Assembly: GCA_037142195.1 (NCBI GenBank)
Contig: JBAXBA010000068.1
Location: 1-20,245, forward strand
Direction of reading: 5' to 3'
Length of the DNA: 20,245 nt
Source of the DNA: Pseudomonadota bacterium
Lineage (GTDB): Bacteria; Bdellovibrionota_B; Oligoflexia; Oligoflexales; CAIMVM01
In this document: positions 1 through 9,117 of the stretch, piece by piece
How positions within the stretch are numbered: the stretch's first letter is position 1
Layout of the letters: each line of letters opens with the position of its first letter
Position numbers and translations under genes: made by a program
The notes under the pieces: generated by a model
The model's input: only the letters and a program-made list of their open reading frames with translations
What the model was told of the DNA's origin: nothing
Databases searched by the model: none

Positions 1-34
1 AAAACTGAATTAGGAAATGTGCATTTAGGCAGCC

Positions 35-304
35 CTAGCAATAGATTATCTGAGACCAGCACTCCACAAGAAGACCTCCTTCATTCGGGGAAGGAAAAAA
101 CCCGTGAACCACGGTTTTACTATTACTACTCTTAGTGGGATCCCAATCCAAGGCTGCGCTTTTGTTGAATGCATTAGCCAAAGGCGACGAGGCCCCCAAG
201 TGATAAGAAATACTCGTTTTTTCACCTTCTCCATGACTTAAACCTGCTACAACGATCCCAAACATGAAACCAATAAATCTTCCTACCTTCATTTCTACCT
301 TCAT
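35..304 (-). CDS. small hypothetical secreted protein, divergent from LysR
   Basis: Part of ORF 35..427. ATG at 304 follows AAGGTGG (alternative ATG at 292). N-terminus MKVEMKVGRFIGFMFGIVVAGLSHG looks like a Sec signal peptide. No family recognised. Confidence 0.5.
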   Translation of the reverse strand: MKVEMKVGRFIGFMFGIVVAGLSHGEGEKTSISYHLGASSPLANAFNKSAALDWDPTKSSNSKTVVHGFFPSPNEGGLLVECWSQIIYC

Positions 305-455
305 GGCAAACCACCTTTTCTTTGTTTCAAATCCCATCCGACCTTCGGACGTAGTTAAGGGATAGCAGACCTTTACAATTGCTGCATAGCTCATTATTAT
401 CATATATTGATGCCTTAAAATCATCATAACCTGCTAATACAAAGGTTTTCGCACC

Positions 456-1319
456 ATGAAGCTTCTCTCCCCTAATCTCCAGGCCTTCTATCTAACAGCA
501 ACCCTTGGAACCGTGCATGCGGCTGCCAAGCAACTAAACTTAACCCAAACCGCTGCGACTAGGCGAATTGTTGCCTTGGAGATCGATGTGAAAATGTCTC
601 TTTTTCTTCGCTCTAGAAAAGGAATGGCATTAACGGAAAGTGGGCACCAACTATTAAAATACTGTCGTCACGCCTTGGAGCTTGAAGGTGAGGTCTTAGT
701 CAACTCACTTTCAAGTCAGAAGGAATCAGCGCAAAAAGTTACGATTAAAGGCCCTTCGAGCTTTATAAGCACTAGAGTTCTCGCATGTACCACGGAAGTC
801 TTAAAGAAGTTCCCCCAATTGATCTTTGATTTCAAAATCAACGACGAAGACAGCGGAGTCGAGTCGCTTAAATTAGGGCATGCTGATTTAGTCATCATTC
901 CCAGTACAGATGTAGTCAAAGAATTTGACAGCAAAAAACTTAAGCCTGAACAATATATTCTAGTCGCCCCAGCATCTTGGGCAGGCCGCAAAATAGAAGA
1001 AATCATTGCTAATGAGCGGATCATAGACTTTAACGCCGCCGACAAGATGACTCTAAACTATCTAGAATTCCACGGGATCCAGAGCTATGGCAATAAAGAG
1101 CGGCACTTTATTAACAACACAGATGCTCTCGCTAAAGCCGTTCAACTTGGAGCTGGCTATACAGTCTTATCCAAGGAATTCGCAGAACCTTGGATTCAGC
1201 AAAGAAAACTCATCTCCCTTTGCCCCAAGAAGCACTTTGATTGCTCCTGGGCATTGGCATGGTATCCAAGAAAGTTTATTCCTGACCACTTACGCGCCGT
1301 AATCTCTGCTTTAAAATAG
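456..1319 (+). CDS. LysR-family transcriptional regulator (ArgP-like)
   Basis: N-terminal HTH LQAFYLTATLGTVHAAAKQLNLTQTAATRRIVALE...LFLRSRKGMALTESG; 287 aa with a substrate-binding domain (AVQLGAGYTVL). Confidence 0.95.
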   Translation: MKLLSPNLQAFYLTATLGTVHAAAKQLNLTQTAATRRIVALEIDVKMSLFLRSRKGMALTESGHQLLKYCRHALELEGEVLVNSLSSQKESAQKVTIKGPSSFISTRVLACTTEVLKKFPQLIFDFKINDEDSGVESLKLGHADLVIIPSTDVVKEFDSKKLKPEQYILVAPASWAGRKIEEIIANERIIDFNAADKMTLNYLEFHGIQSYGNKERHFINNTDALAKAVQLGAGYTVLSKEFAEPWIQQRKLISLCPKKHFDCSWALAWYPRKFIPDHLRAVISALK

Positions 1320-1742
1320 GATTTTCGAAACTTGGACTTGTGCATTCCCAATTACAAATTTTCCTTGGATTCGTGCTTGGTTTAAACAAAACTTTTTTGA
1401 TTTTCATCTGAACCATTTTATGAATATTTTTTGTGATTGGTCAGCTCGAAGAGAACTTTAGAAAAGTAGCCAATCGGCATCAGGAATGCGTACAAAAAAC
1501 TCGAACTCTTTCATGTGCCGCAGCCGTCCCAATGCTCATCAGTAGGATGACGTTATTATTTGACATTTACTGCAAATTAATGAAGTCACTTGAAACTCAA
1601 TTAAAGTGGCCAGATCTCCCGTTTGTGGCACAGGTTGCTTTACGCCAATGGGCAATATTATTTCAAATTGCTGTCGAAAAATTTCTGTTTGAAGTTTAGA
1701 ATATCAAGTCAAGAAACGTTGAAGCGTGAGGATTGCTTGAAT

Positions 1743-2528
1743 ATGGAACATTCCCGTAAATATTTAGTAATTATAATATCTATATTAGCAAATCTATCTT
1801 GCGCAACATCTATGTATATAAGCAAAGAAGACCAACAACAAACCACAACCATTCGTCGAGCTTATGCCAATACACATGTAGTAAAGCTTGAGAATGAAAA
1901 TTACATCATGATTGATTCTGGTGGCTATGAGCAGGCACCGCTTTTAGAAAAGGATCTACTTTCTGAGGGGATAGACCCCAAAGATATCCTTGCCATTGTT
2001 ATTACCCATGGGCATTGGGACCATGCCGGTGGCGCGAAATATTTTAGAGATAAATACAAGATTCCTGTTATAGCTGGATGGGGAGATAGAAAACTATTTC
2101 AAAAAGGACATGCTGATAAGTTATGCCCTACAAGTATGATGGCTAGGTGGAGAGCCATGGATGACGAGACAGTGTCGTTTTCTCCTCCGGAAGTTGACTT
2201 TTGGATTCGCGAAGATACAAACTTACAGGATCTCATTGGAGTAGAGGGGCAGCTGGTTCCTCTGCCGAGCCATACAGAAGGCTCACTGGCTGTCATTATT
2301 GGTCAGCAAGCTTTTGTGGGCGATCTCTTTAGGGGGTCGATTTTTGGTAATACGCCTGAAGTACATTTTTATATTTGTAATCTTGTCTCCAATCGTAACT
2401 ACATCAATCAATTTTTGAGTCGTCAAGCTTCTAAGGTCCAGAGTTTTTTTCCCGGACATTTTGGTCCTCGCTTTACAAGGTCGGAGGTTACTCAAGCATT
2501 TATAAATGGAAATTCTATCGAACCCTAA
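1743..2528 (+). CDS. MBL-fold metallo-hydrolase, probable lipoprotein
   Basis: THGHWDHAGG (HxHxDH), PSHTEGS, VGDLF and PGHF metal motifs. ATG at 1743 with GAGG upstream; signal MEHSRKYLVIIISILANLSC ends in a lipobox-like Cys. Confidence 0.9.
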   Translation: MEHSRKYLVIIISILANLSCATSMYISKEDQQQTTTIRRAYANTHVVKLENENYIMIDSGGYEQAPLLEKDLLSEGIDPKDILAIVITHGHWDHAGGAKYFRDKYKIPVIAGWGDRKLFQKGHADKLCPTSMMARWRAMDDETVSFSPPEVDFWIREDTNLQDLIGVEGQLVPLPSHTEGSLAVIIGQQAFVGDLFRGSIFGNTPEVHFYICNLVSNRNYINQFLSRQASKVQSFFPGHFGPRFTRSEVTQAFINGNSIEP

Positions 2529-2733
2529 ATAGAATTGAAAACCAAGTCAAATTTCTGAACTTAATGCGGCCTAGGGCAAAATCCCCTCGGCCTAGTCAAC
2601 TTTTGGACAATCGTAGAGAAATTGAAAATACACTGATACGGCAAAGTGCCGTCGTTGAGAGTGGTACCATGCGCCTATAAACCTGTATGCCATATTCTAC
2701 GAAGAATAGGGAAACCTCGCATGCGATGAATTG

Positions 2734-3458
2734 TACATCGTCCTTCTACCCCGTCGGCAAATACGCGTTCAATTAACCCCCTTTGAAAATGCAGGTTACC
2801 AAGTGGCTTAAGTCACTGATTTCTCTGCTGGGTAAATATGGCCAGAGTTATGTTCGTAAATCAGAGTTTTTTGAACCAGGGGGTTTTTCATTCTGTGTTT
2901 AACTAGTTCAAATTTTTGTACTCAAAGGGAGTCAAGCAAGATTGTTCGGCGTGTTTTCTTTTTACGGCATCGTCAAAAAAAGTCCTGGGATTTATGCTTA
3001 CTAATTTGCATGATTCCACAATTGTGAAGAGGATTGCTCAGCATTCTGCTGCTTTTTTTGAGTGGGTACCGTGCCACGTCTTTCTTCCAATTACGGGCGA
3101 TCGCAGTACTCGCTCACTTTGGTTGCTGTCTATAGGGATGAAGTAGTGATCTAAAAATCTTGTGAGTCCTACGTAGTTTTTAAGGAAGTAGTTGTAGGCT
3201 TTGTACATTTGACTTTTACTGGAGTAGCTGTTTATTTTTTGTTTGGCTTCGACCTTTATTTCCTCAAAGATTGGCTTCATTTCAGCTCTTTTCTTCATGA
3301 TAACTTCTGGCAAAGAACCTTTTGCTTCTTTATTAAGTTTATAAATATCGGCGTATTTTTTGACCATAAAGTCAGCATCTGCGCAAATATCTTTCGAGTC
3401 CCGCTCTTTGAACTGCCTTCTGGCATGGGCATTACAATATACATCGTCCCTCTGCCCC
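2734..3458. repeat. 19-bp imperfect direct repeat pair flanking the IS66 remnant
   Basis: TACATCGTCCTTCTACCCC (2734-2752) versus TACATCGTCCCTCTGCCCC (3440-3458): 17/19 identical, both mismatches transitions. Confidence 0.6.
2903..3440 (-). pseudogene. tnpC: IS66-family transposase TnpC, C-terminal remnant with an in-frame stop
   Basis: YCNAHARRQF and PIDSNQSERVLRSPVIGRKTW are IS66 motifs. After TGA at 3038-3040 the frame continues AILFTIVESCKLVSINPRTFFDD...KNLN to TAG at 2903-2905, matching the IS66 C-terminus. The N-terminal part is absent. Confidence 0.9.
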
Positions 3459-3816
3459 ACATTCCATAAATTTATCCATGTGTCGCCTATCCGTTTTTCA
3501 TGATCGCTTAACAACCTTTACAGAGGCGCTGTGATTTTGGGCCATAATGTTAGTTAAATGGCCTCCAAATCGAATCAACTTTTCAAAATTGTTCAAGTTA
3601 AATTCGTCACATGAAATTCTTCAAAAATTATAAAATAGACCGAGCTTCTCGAACCCGAATCACACCCAATGCCGGAGCGTTATCTAAAGAAGAATCGAGT
3701 AGATAAGTTTTTCGGGTCGTGGTAAACAGTTTTAAGAAAGTAAGAGCCTCTGACTTTCACTAGAGCCCCCCTCTTAAAAATTCTAATCCTAAAATTCTTC
3801 GGATGGAAAATAATGG

Positions 3817-5124
3817 TTAAAGTTCTTCTGCCAAAATTGCTTTAACCCCATAAAGTGGGACCATTGAAACTTTACCGAATTGCCTAAAAGGTTGAGGAGA
3901 AAGTTTAAATGCAGAGCTTACTGACTTTTTTTCGTTTAAGAAGATTCCAAGACTTTTCGAGGTGAGATTGCTGCCTGACTTTACTTCAATAGGAATCGTC
4001 TTTCCATGTGCACTCGTGACCAAATCCACTTCAGACGATGCACTTTTAGCTTCCCGGTGCCAATAGAATAATTCAGGGGTGGATGATTCGTGAGTATAAC
4101 TCAAGATTTCTTGAGCTACGAACTGCTCGGCAAGCTCGCCTTTATTAATTAAGGTCTGCCAATTTTCCTTGCTAACGTTCATTAACTTGACGCATAGACC
4201 CACATCATGAAGGAATGCCTTAAACTTCTGGGGATCTTTCTCGGCGGAAAGAGGCAAGCCATTAGCTGATGTATGATGAACTTGATAGATGATTCCAGCA
4301 TCGCGCAATAGAGTCATAGCGGCAAGCAAGTCCCTTGATTTCGCCTCTCGGTCGATATTGGAATATTTTAATTTTTTAGCTAGATTCAGGGGTATCGAAT
4401 CGAAAACTTTTCGAACATAATCAATTCTAGATCGGCTAGAATATTTGTAAAAGTCCTCCCGGATATTGCTTAGCAAGTTCTGTTTGACAACATCGGTCGC
4501 AACCCTAGAACCTTCAGTGGCAAAGTATTCGAAAACGACTTCTGGCATGCCACCCACGAAGAAGTACTCATTCAAGTAAGTATTCAATTTCTCATGTGTG
4601 TGGGAATCGATTTTTTTAAAAATCTCGATAGAAGACAATCGTTCGACTAAATCATCTCTGTTTAAAGCCATAAGAAATTCTTCAAAATTCATCGGAAAAA
4701 GGTACATAAATTCGACTCTACCCACTGGAAAACTGATTTCGCTAATCGCAAACTCAAGTAGTGACCCCGCTGCAATCACATGCACATGGGGTGCTTTTTC
4801 CTTGAAATAGCGGAGCATGAGGAGGGCTTCTTTGCAGATTTGAATTTCGTCAAAAAAAAGTAGAACCGTTTCAAGGTTGATTTTCATGTTAAACTCAGTT
4901 TCTAGAACTCTCACCACCCCCATCGGGTCTCCATAGGACGTCTTTATCGTGTTAAGTAAATGCTGGCGCTCCTCTAAATTAACTTCTACAAACTGGCTGT
5001 AAGATTTTCCAAGTTCACGAACCAGCCAGGTCTTACCAACCTGCCTTGCTCCACGAAGGAGTAGGGGCTTACGCCTTGGTTTTTTCTTCCATTCTTCTAA
5101 TTTTGCCAGGGATAACCGACGCAT
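3817..5124 (-). CDS. AAA+ ATPase (AAA_14) with DUF4143 domain and PD-(D/E)xK nuclease-like C-terminus
   Basis: Walker A GARQVGKT, Walker B LLFFDEIQ, FPVGRVEF and GGMPEVV, C-terminal EVDLV...IPIEVKSG. Confidence 0.92.
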   Translation of the reverse strand: MRRLSLAKLEEWKKKPRRKPLLLRGARQVGKTWLVRELGKSYSQFVEVNLEERQHLLNTIKTSYGDPMGVVRVLETEFNMKINLETVLLFFDEIQICKEALLMLRYFKEKAPHVHVIAAGSLLEFAISEISFPVGRVEFMYLFPMNFEEFLMALNRDDLVERLSSIEIFKKIDSHTHEKLNTYLNEYFFVGGMPEVVFEYFATEGSRVATDVVKQNLLSNIREDFYKYSSRSRIDYVRKVFDSIPLNLAKKLKYSNIDREAKSRDLLAAMTLLRDAGIIYQVHHTSANGLPLSAEKDPQKFKAFLHDVGLCVKLMNVSKENWQTLINKGELAEQFVAQEILSYTHESSTPELFYWHREAKSASSEVDLVTSAHGKTIPIEVKSGSNLTSKSLGIFLNEKKSVSSAFKLSPQPFRQFGKVSMVPLYGVKAILAEEL

Positions 5125-5174
5125 AAAGCTTTACCTTGTATTTCAGCCACAATTTGGACAATTCTCGTTTGATA

Positions 5175-5203
5175 AAAATACATTTATTAGCTATTCTAGT
5201 CAA
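5175..5203 (-). promoter_or_regulatory. putative sigma70 promoter for the ATPase gene
   Basis: Minus strand TTGACT-17 nt-TATTTT, about 50 nt upstream of the ATG at 5124. Confidence 0.45.
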
Positions 5204-5283
5204 CTGTCCGTTTTGCTGATCCAGTTCATGACATTCTAGATTCAATGGAATGAAGACTCATTTGGCGTATGTTTAAAGGTCAA

Positions 5284-5601
5284 GAACCGCAGTAGGGCCT
5301 TGCGCGCTCCCTTTGGCCTTCAAATTGGCGATGACGCTCCCAAATGATCCCAGCTTGCCGCCTAAGCTGCTACCTCTGCAACTCCCGGCCATGCCTTCGT
5401 TTGTCCATTGGTATTTTGTCACGTCTAATCTGATGGTTAGGTTTGGCATATGGATCGGTTAGGGGAGCTGTCAAAACTAAAAAACCAAGTAAATGCATGC
5501 GTCGACGTCCAGAGCTGACTCCGTGTAAACGCATCCTTCAAAATCACCTAAACACTTTTATCTCTGCCAGAGATAGGGAAGGTCGACCTTTACCTAGATT
5601 T
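5284..5601 (+). mobile_element. IS91-family (Y2/HUH) element stub: terIS-like end plus transposase N-terminal fragment
   Basis: RRRPELTPCKRILQNHLNTFISARDREGRPLPRF (about 5500-5601) resembles, from memory, the start of IS91/ISCR transposases just before the zinc-binding CG..GF motif; similarity stops abruptly. The GC-rich leader begins at CAAG/GAAC (5281-5287) and holds the hairpin CAGCTT-N7-AAGCTG (5351-5369). Confidence 0.7.
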
Positions 5602-6361
5602 TTATACTTTTGCCCATTAAGACCTATTGGCAATTGTCCTTTGCCTACTTCAAAGTTTCTCCTGTCAGGAATGTGGCATCATCGGCATCTTCCAGAGTAG
5701 CTGGTGTCAGCCCTTCTTCATAGCACTGCTGCGTACTATAGACGGTGTCAGGAGGCTTTTGAGTTTGGTTCCGCAAGAGATCTATACGAAGACATATCTA
5801 CCAGAGATGGCTCATATTTATGGGTAGGGCGGAGCTTTGGTTCCTAGGTTCATTCATGGACAAAGGCATGACTTCTTTTCGTTTCTGAAAAGTAGTTTGA
5901 GCTGGCTGTTGATCTCTTTTTTCTATCAAATTGACATTTAACGTCTTCATTTAAAGTCTTATGATTCTCCTTTAGAGCTTGATTATAATTTGCTTTGGCA
6001 ACTATGATCTTAGCGGTGATGTCTCTCTGGGCGATTCATGCATCGACGGGATTGATGGCTCCCGCGGATCCTTCTTGCTGGGATCCATCCTTGGATCTTT
6101 AACAGCATCAAAGCTCACAGAGAGGTATTATTTTATCCAGCTTCATGTTAATTTTCCCGCCAAAAAGAGCTCAAAATACTTTATTTAAAAATTTATAAAT
6201 GTGAATTCATTGAAGATTTATATGAAATACCCCTGGGAGAGACAGCGAATGAAATGTGTCACTTATTCTGTCCCAAGTATCGTTTTGAAAGCGTATTTCT
6301 CAAATTCTCATTCGTTTAACCGACTTCCATAAGCCTCATTAAGAAAGAATCTCTCAAAGAA

Positions 6362-7387
6362 TTAATCAAGGACCTTTTCTTGGCTCAAGAATTTCTTGGT
6401 AGCAATTCGCTTGAGACATTGGATAGGAATGGCTTTGGGGTGCTCTCCATCTTCTTCAGGCCTGACATTAGGTATCTTTCCACCGCTCGAACACAACTTA
6501 TTTTTGCCTTCCGCAGGTCGTCTAAAATAGTAGTAGCTCCAAAACATACGCGTATCTTCATCATTGGAAACGGATCCGAGGCAAGCTTTAGAATCCTCAA
6601 GATACATCTGGCGTCTTTCGAGATAAACCGCTGCAAAGGCATTTAGACCTATTTCTAGACTTTTAAAGTCGGCGGATATTACATTTTCACCGCGCTCATT
6701 ATACTGATGGGAGTTTACAAAGTGAGTGTTTGCCACAAAACTTCCGATATAGGGCTTTGCGAATGCTTTTTGCCTAAGTTTAGGGAATTCTGCACCAAAC
6801 CAGTCTGTACCTAAAACCCCAAATCCTGGAATTTCAAGGGTTCGTGGATCCTGCAGAAATTTTTTCGGTGTGTCTGACGCAATCTTTACGGCTATGTCAG
6901 GGTCATCGATGGGGCTTCCATCCGTGATCACTCTGGCATAGCCAGCACTACTGTCTAGGAGTTCGCCTAAGCCTTCTCCCATGACTATCGTAAAAAATTC
7001 ATATCTGTCTGTAAAAAGAAGTTTATTTGCAAGTGAGGATTTATTTTCAAGCTCGTTAAATACCCGAATGATCCAGCGCCTAAAGTCATTTTTGTCGTCG
7101 TCTAAATAGTAAGAGGGATATACCGACCACTCGCTTTGGTAGGGACAACTTAAGTAAGGAGTCACTCCGTGAGATTGGAATTGGACCAGTCGATTCATTA
7201 AAGCGGATGGGTTGCTGGCTGCACATAAAGGACGCGCGGTCACGGAGGTTGTGTTTGCTTCATGGCTGGAATCCAATAGAAGGGATTTGCAAGAAATCAC
7301 CATCATAGGTAGAAGAAGTGTCATACGAGCATAAGATCGCTTTTTAAAAACGTCATATTTTCTAAATTTGTCACTTATTTTACTCAA
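6362..7387 (-). CDS. hypothetical lipoprotein, possibly lysozyme-like fold
   Basis: 341-aa ORF; TTG start with GAGG 8 nt upstream; basic N-region then LLLPMMVISC lipobox. The fold call is inference. Confidence 0.75.
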   Translation of the reverse strand: MSKISDKFRKYDVFKKRSYARMTLLLPMMVISCKSLLLDSSHEANTTSVTARPLCAASNPSALMNRLVQFQSHGVTPYLSCPYQSEWSVYPSYYLDDDKNDFRRWIIRVFNELENKSSLANKLLFTDRYEFFTIVMGEGLGELLDSSAGYARVITDGSPIDDPDIAVKIASDTPKKFLQDPRTLEIPGFGVLGTDWFGAEFPKLRQKAFAKPYIGSFVANTHFVNSHQYNERGENVISADFKSLEIGLNAFAAVYLERRQMYLEDSKACLGSVSNDEDTRMFWSYYYFRRPAEGKNKLCSSGGKIPNVRPEEDGEHPKAIPIQCLKRIATKKFLSQEKVLD

Positions 7388-7624
7388 GGAAGCCGCCTCA
7401 GTTTGAGATTTGATCCTTGGGGATTTCGGGAAAGGCCCATCCTTTCTAAACCACGGAGCTAGGCAAAAGCTGCTTTTTGAAGGCGCAAGGCTTTTTTAGT
7501 GGAGTCTATGCTCCACCATAGAAGTGGGCATGCTCAGATGGTTAGATTTGGGGGAGCTTTTTCGGGTTCAATTTGGGAAATGCCAGCCTTAAAAAAGACC
7601 TAGATACTTGCCGCAGGGTGGATT

Positions 7625-8074
7625 TTATTCATGGTGATAGCCGTTTTTGGTTATGATCGACCATGAGCGATAGAGCTGCTCCCAGAGAAGAAGCCAGGCC
7701 AGCTCGTTAGGGAAAACTAAATCCGATAGACTCCATATAAAGTGAACCGATTTCCTAATCTCTTCGCCTACACCAAAAGCGCCGCCCACTAAGAAGGTTA
7801 TTTGCTTAATGTGGGGCGATTCGATTTTGCTTTGAATAAATTGGGCTAGTTTTGGGGAGTTGAATTTTTGACCCCTTTCATCAAGAAGAATCACAAAATT
7901 ACCAGGCGCCATTTGGCAAAGCTTTAAGATTTCCTCTGGGCGCTCTAATCCGGGATCTTTTACTTCTATGATTTCAAAGCGACCCGCGTGAGAAAGGCGT
8001 TTTTGATATTCCGCGGAAAGAGAGCGGATTTCTTCCTTACCGACTTTGCCGAGTTTGACAATGCGCCACAGCAT
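7625..8074 (-). CDS. rlmH: 23S rRNA (pseudouridine1915-N3)-methyltransferase
   Basis: LLDERGQKFNS, FLVGGAFGV, WSLSDLVFP, EQLYRS...YHH SPOUT motifs; directly after rsfS. Confidence 0.93.
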   Translation of the reverse strand: MLWRIVKLGKVGKEEIRSLSAEYQKRLSHAGRFEIIEVKDPGLERPEEILKLCQMAPGNFVILLDERGQKFNSPKLAQFIQSKIESPHIKQITFLVGGAFGVGEEIRKSVHFIWSLSDLVFPNELAWLLLWEQLYRSWSIITKNGYHHE

Positions 8075-8077
8075 GCT

Positions 8078-8422
8078 TTAGCTAATGGCCTCAACAGGAG
8101 CAGTAGGCCACAAGGATTCTATGGCATAATAACGGCGCAGGTCGTCTAGAAAGACATGAACCATAATGCCACTAAAATCCAGAAGCACCCAATTGCCAGT
8201 AGACTTGCCTTCTGTAACGGTAGGTTTTAGATTGAATTCTTCCCGACAAATCTCTTCTATATGGAGCGCTATCGCACTGACCTGGCGATCGGAATCTCCA
8301 GAACAAACAATTTGATAGTCACACAAACTTGATAGGCCGCGTAAATCCATTAGGACGATGTCTTTTGCTTTTTTATCGAGGCTGGCCTGAGCCATTCTAA
8401 GCGCCATATCTTTATGATTCAT
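8078..8422 (-). CDS. rsfS: ribosome silencing factor RsfS
   Basis: DKKAKDIVLMDL, DYQIVCSGDSDRQV, WVLLDF...VHVF...RRYYAIESLW. Confidence 0.97.
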   Translation of the reverse strand: MNHKDMALRMAQASLDKKAKDIVLMDLRGLSSLCDYQIVCSGDSDRQVSAIALHIEEICREEFNLKPTVTEGKSTGNWVLLDFSGIMVHVFLDDLRRYYAIESLWPTAPVEAIS

Positions 8423-8460
8423 GGTTCGATTCCTTACTAAGTTGCGTTACTTGAGTTGAG

Positions 8461-9117
8461 TTACTGCATCTGGGTTACTAGGGACGGGCCATACAGCTGA
8501 AATTCTTTGATGTAGGCTAAAACATCCCCAGGCAGCCAGGGGGTTTCCTCGCCCTGCCTTAGACAAGCTCTTATCTCACGACTCGATGCATTGCAAACTC
8601 TATCGTGGATTAAGGTGACCTTTGCCTCCCCAATTTCGAATACCTCATCGCTGAGTTTTTGGGATTTTAACCCAAGAAGGTCGCCGAGGAGAAGGGGTGA
8701 CGGGGATTCTTTAAGCCGTTGAAATACGATTAAATCTGCTACTTCTAGGATCTTTTTAGGATCTTTCCAGAGGTGAAACGAGGCTAACTGGTCGTCCCCA
8801 AGGAGAAGAGAGTAGCGATTCTTAGGTGTGGCTCCTAGGGCAATTAAAGTAGCAATGGTATAGTTAGGGCTTGGGAGCTCCTCTTCTAGTGAAGAAACCT
8901 CCAGCCACCCGCTTTTTAAAGGTTCCAGAAAGGCCTGATGAGCCATAGCGAGCCGATGAGGAAAGGACGCCATTTCGAATTTTCCAGGGGTCGGACTGAC
9001 GGGGGAAGGCAGCACTATGATCTTTTGTCCTGGAAAGTATTTGTGAGCCGTGGCCGCCATTTGAACATGACCAAGGTGGGGCGGATCGAACGCACCACCA
9101 AAAATGAGGTAAGTCAT
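8461..9117 (-). CDS. nadD: nicotinate-nucleotide adenylyltransferase
   Basis: FGGAFDPPHLGH (HxGH), YTIATL, LLGDDQLASFHLWK, SSREIR; ATGA overlap with obgE. Confidence 0.95.
   Translation of the reverse strand: MTYLIFGGAFDPPHLGHVQMAATAHKYFPGQKIIVLPSPVSPTPGKFEMASFPHRLAMAHQAFLEPLKSGWLEVSSLEEELPSPNYTIATLIALGATPKNRYSLLLGDDQLASFHLWKDPKKILEVADLIVFQRLKESPSPLLLGDLLGLKSQKLSDEVFEIGEAKVTLIHDRVCNASSREIRACLRQGEETPWLPGDVLAYIKEFQLYGPSLVTQMQ

Noticed and set aside
1495..1560. Hammerhead-like core words on the minus strand (GTC..CTGATGAG..GAAA)
   Set aside because: Stems I, II and III cannot be formed; GAAA is followed by G, not the C needed to pair with GUC.
1626..1638. sigma54-like TGGCAC..TTGC site
   Set aside because: GG-to-GC spacing is 8 nt instead of the required 10; the similar site near 12771 also has the wrong spacing.
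1433..1699. 88-aa ORF and the upstream extension of the MBL ORF from 1623
   Set aside because: No RBS or recognisable motif; the ATG at 1743 gives an RBS and a signal peptide.
3612..3707. 31-aa ORF MKFFKNYKIDRASRTRITPNAG..., faintly like an IS1380 transposase start
   Set aside because: Only a five-residue resemblance and no further support.
5850..6146. Possible eroded lipoprotein gene on the minus strand (MKLDKIIPLCEL*CC*RSKDGSQQ...)
   Set aside because: Three internal stops in 99 codons is not clearly different from random AT-rich DNA, and no homology was recognised.
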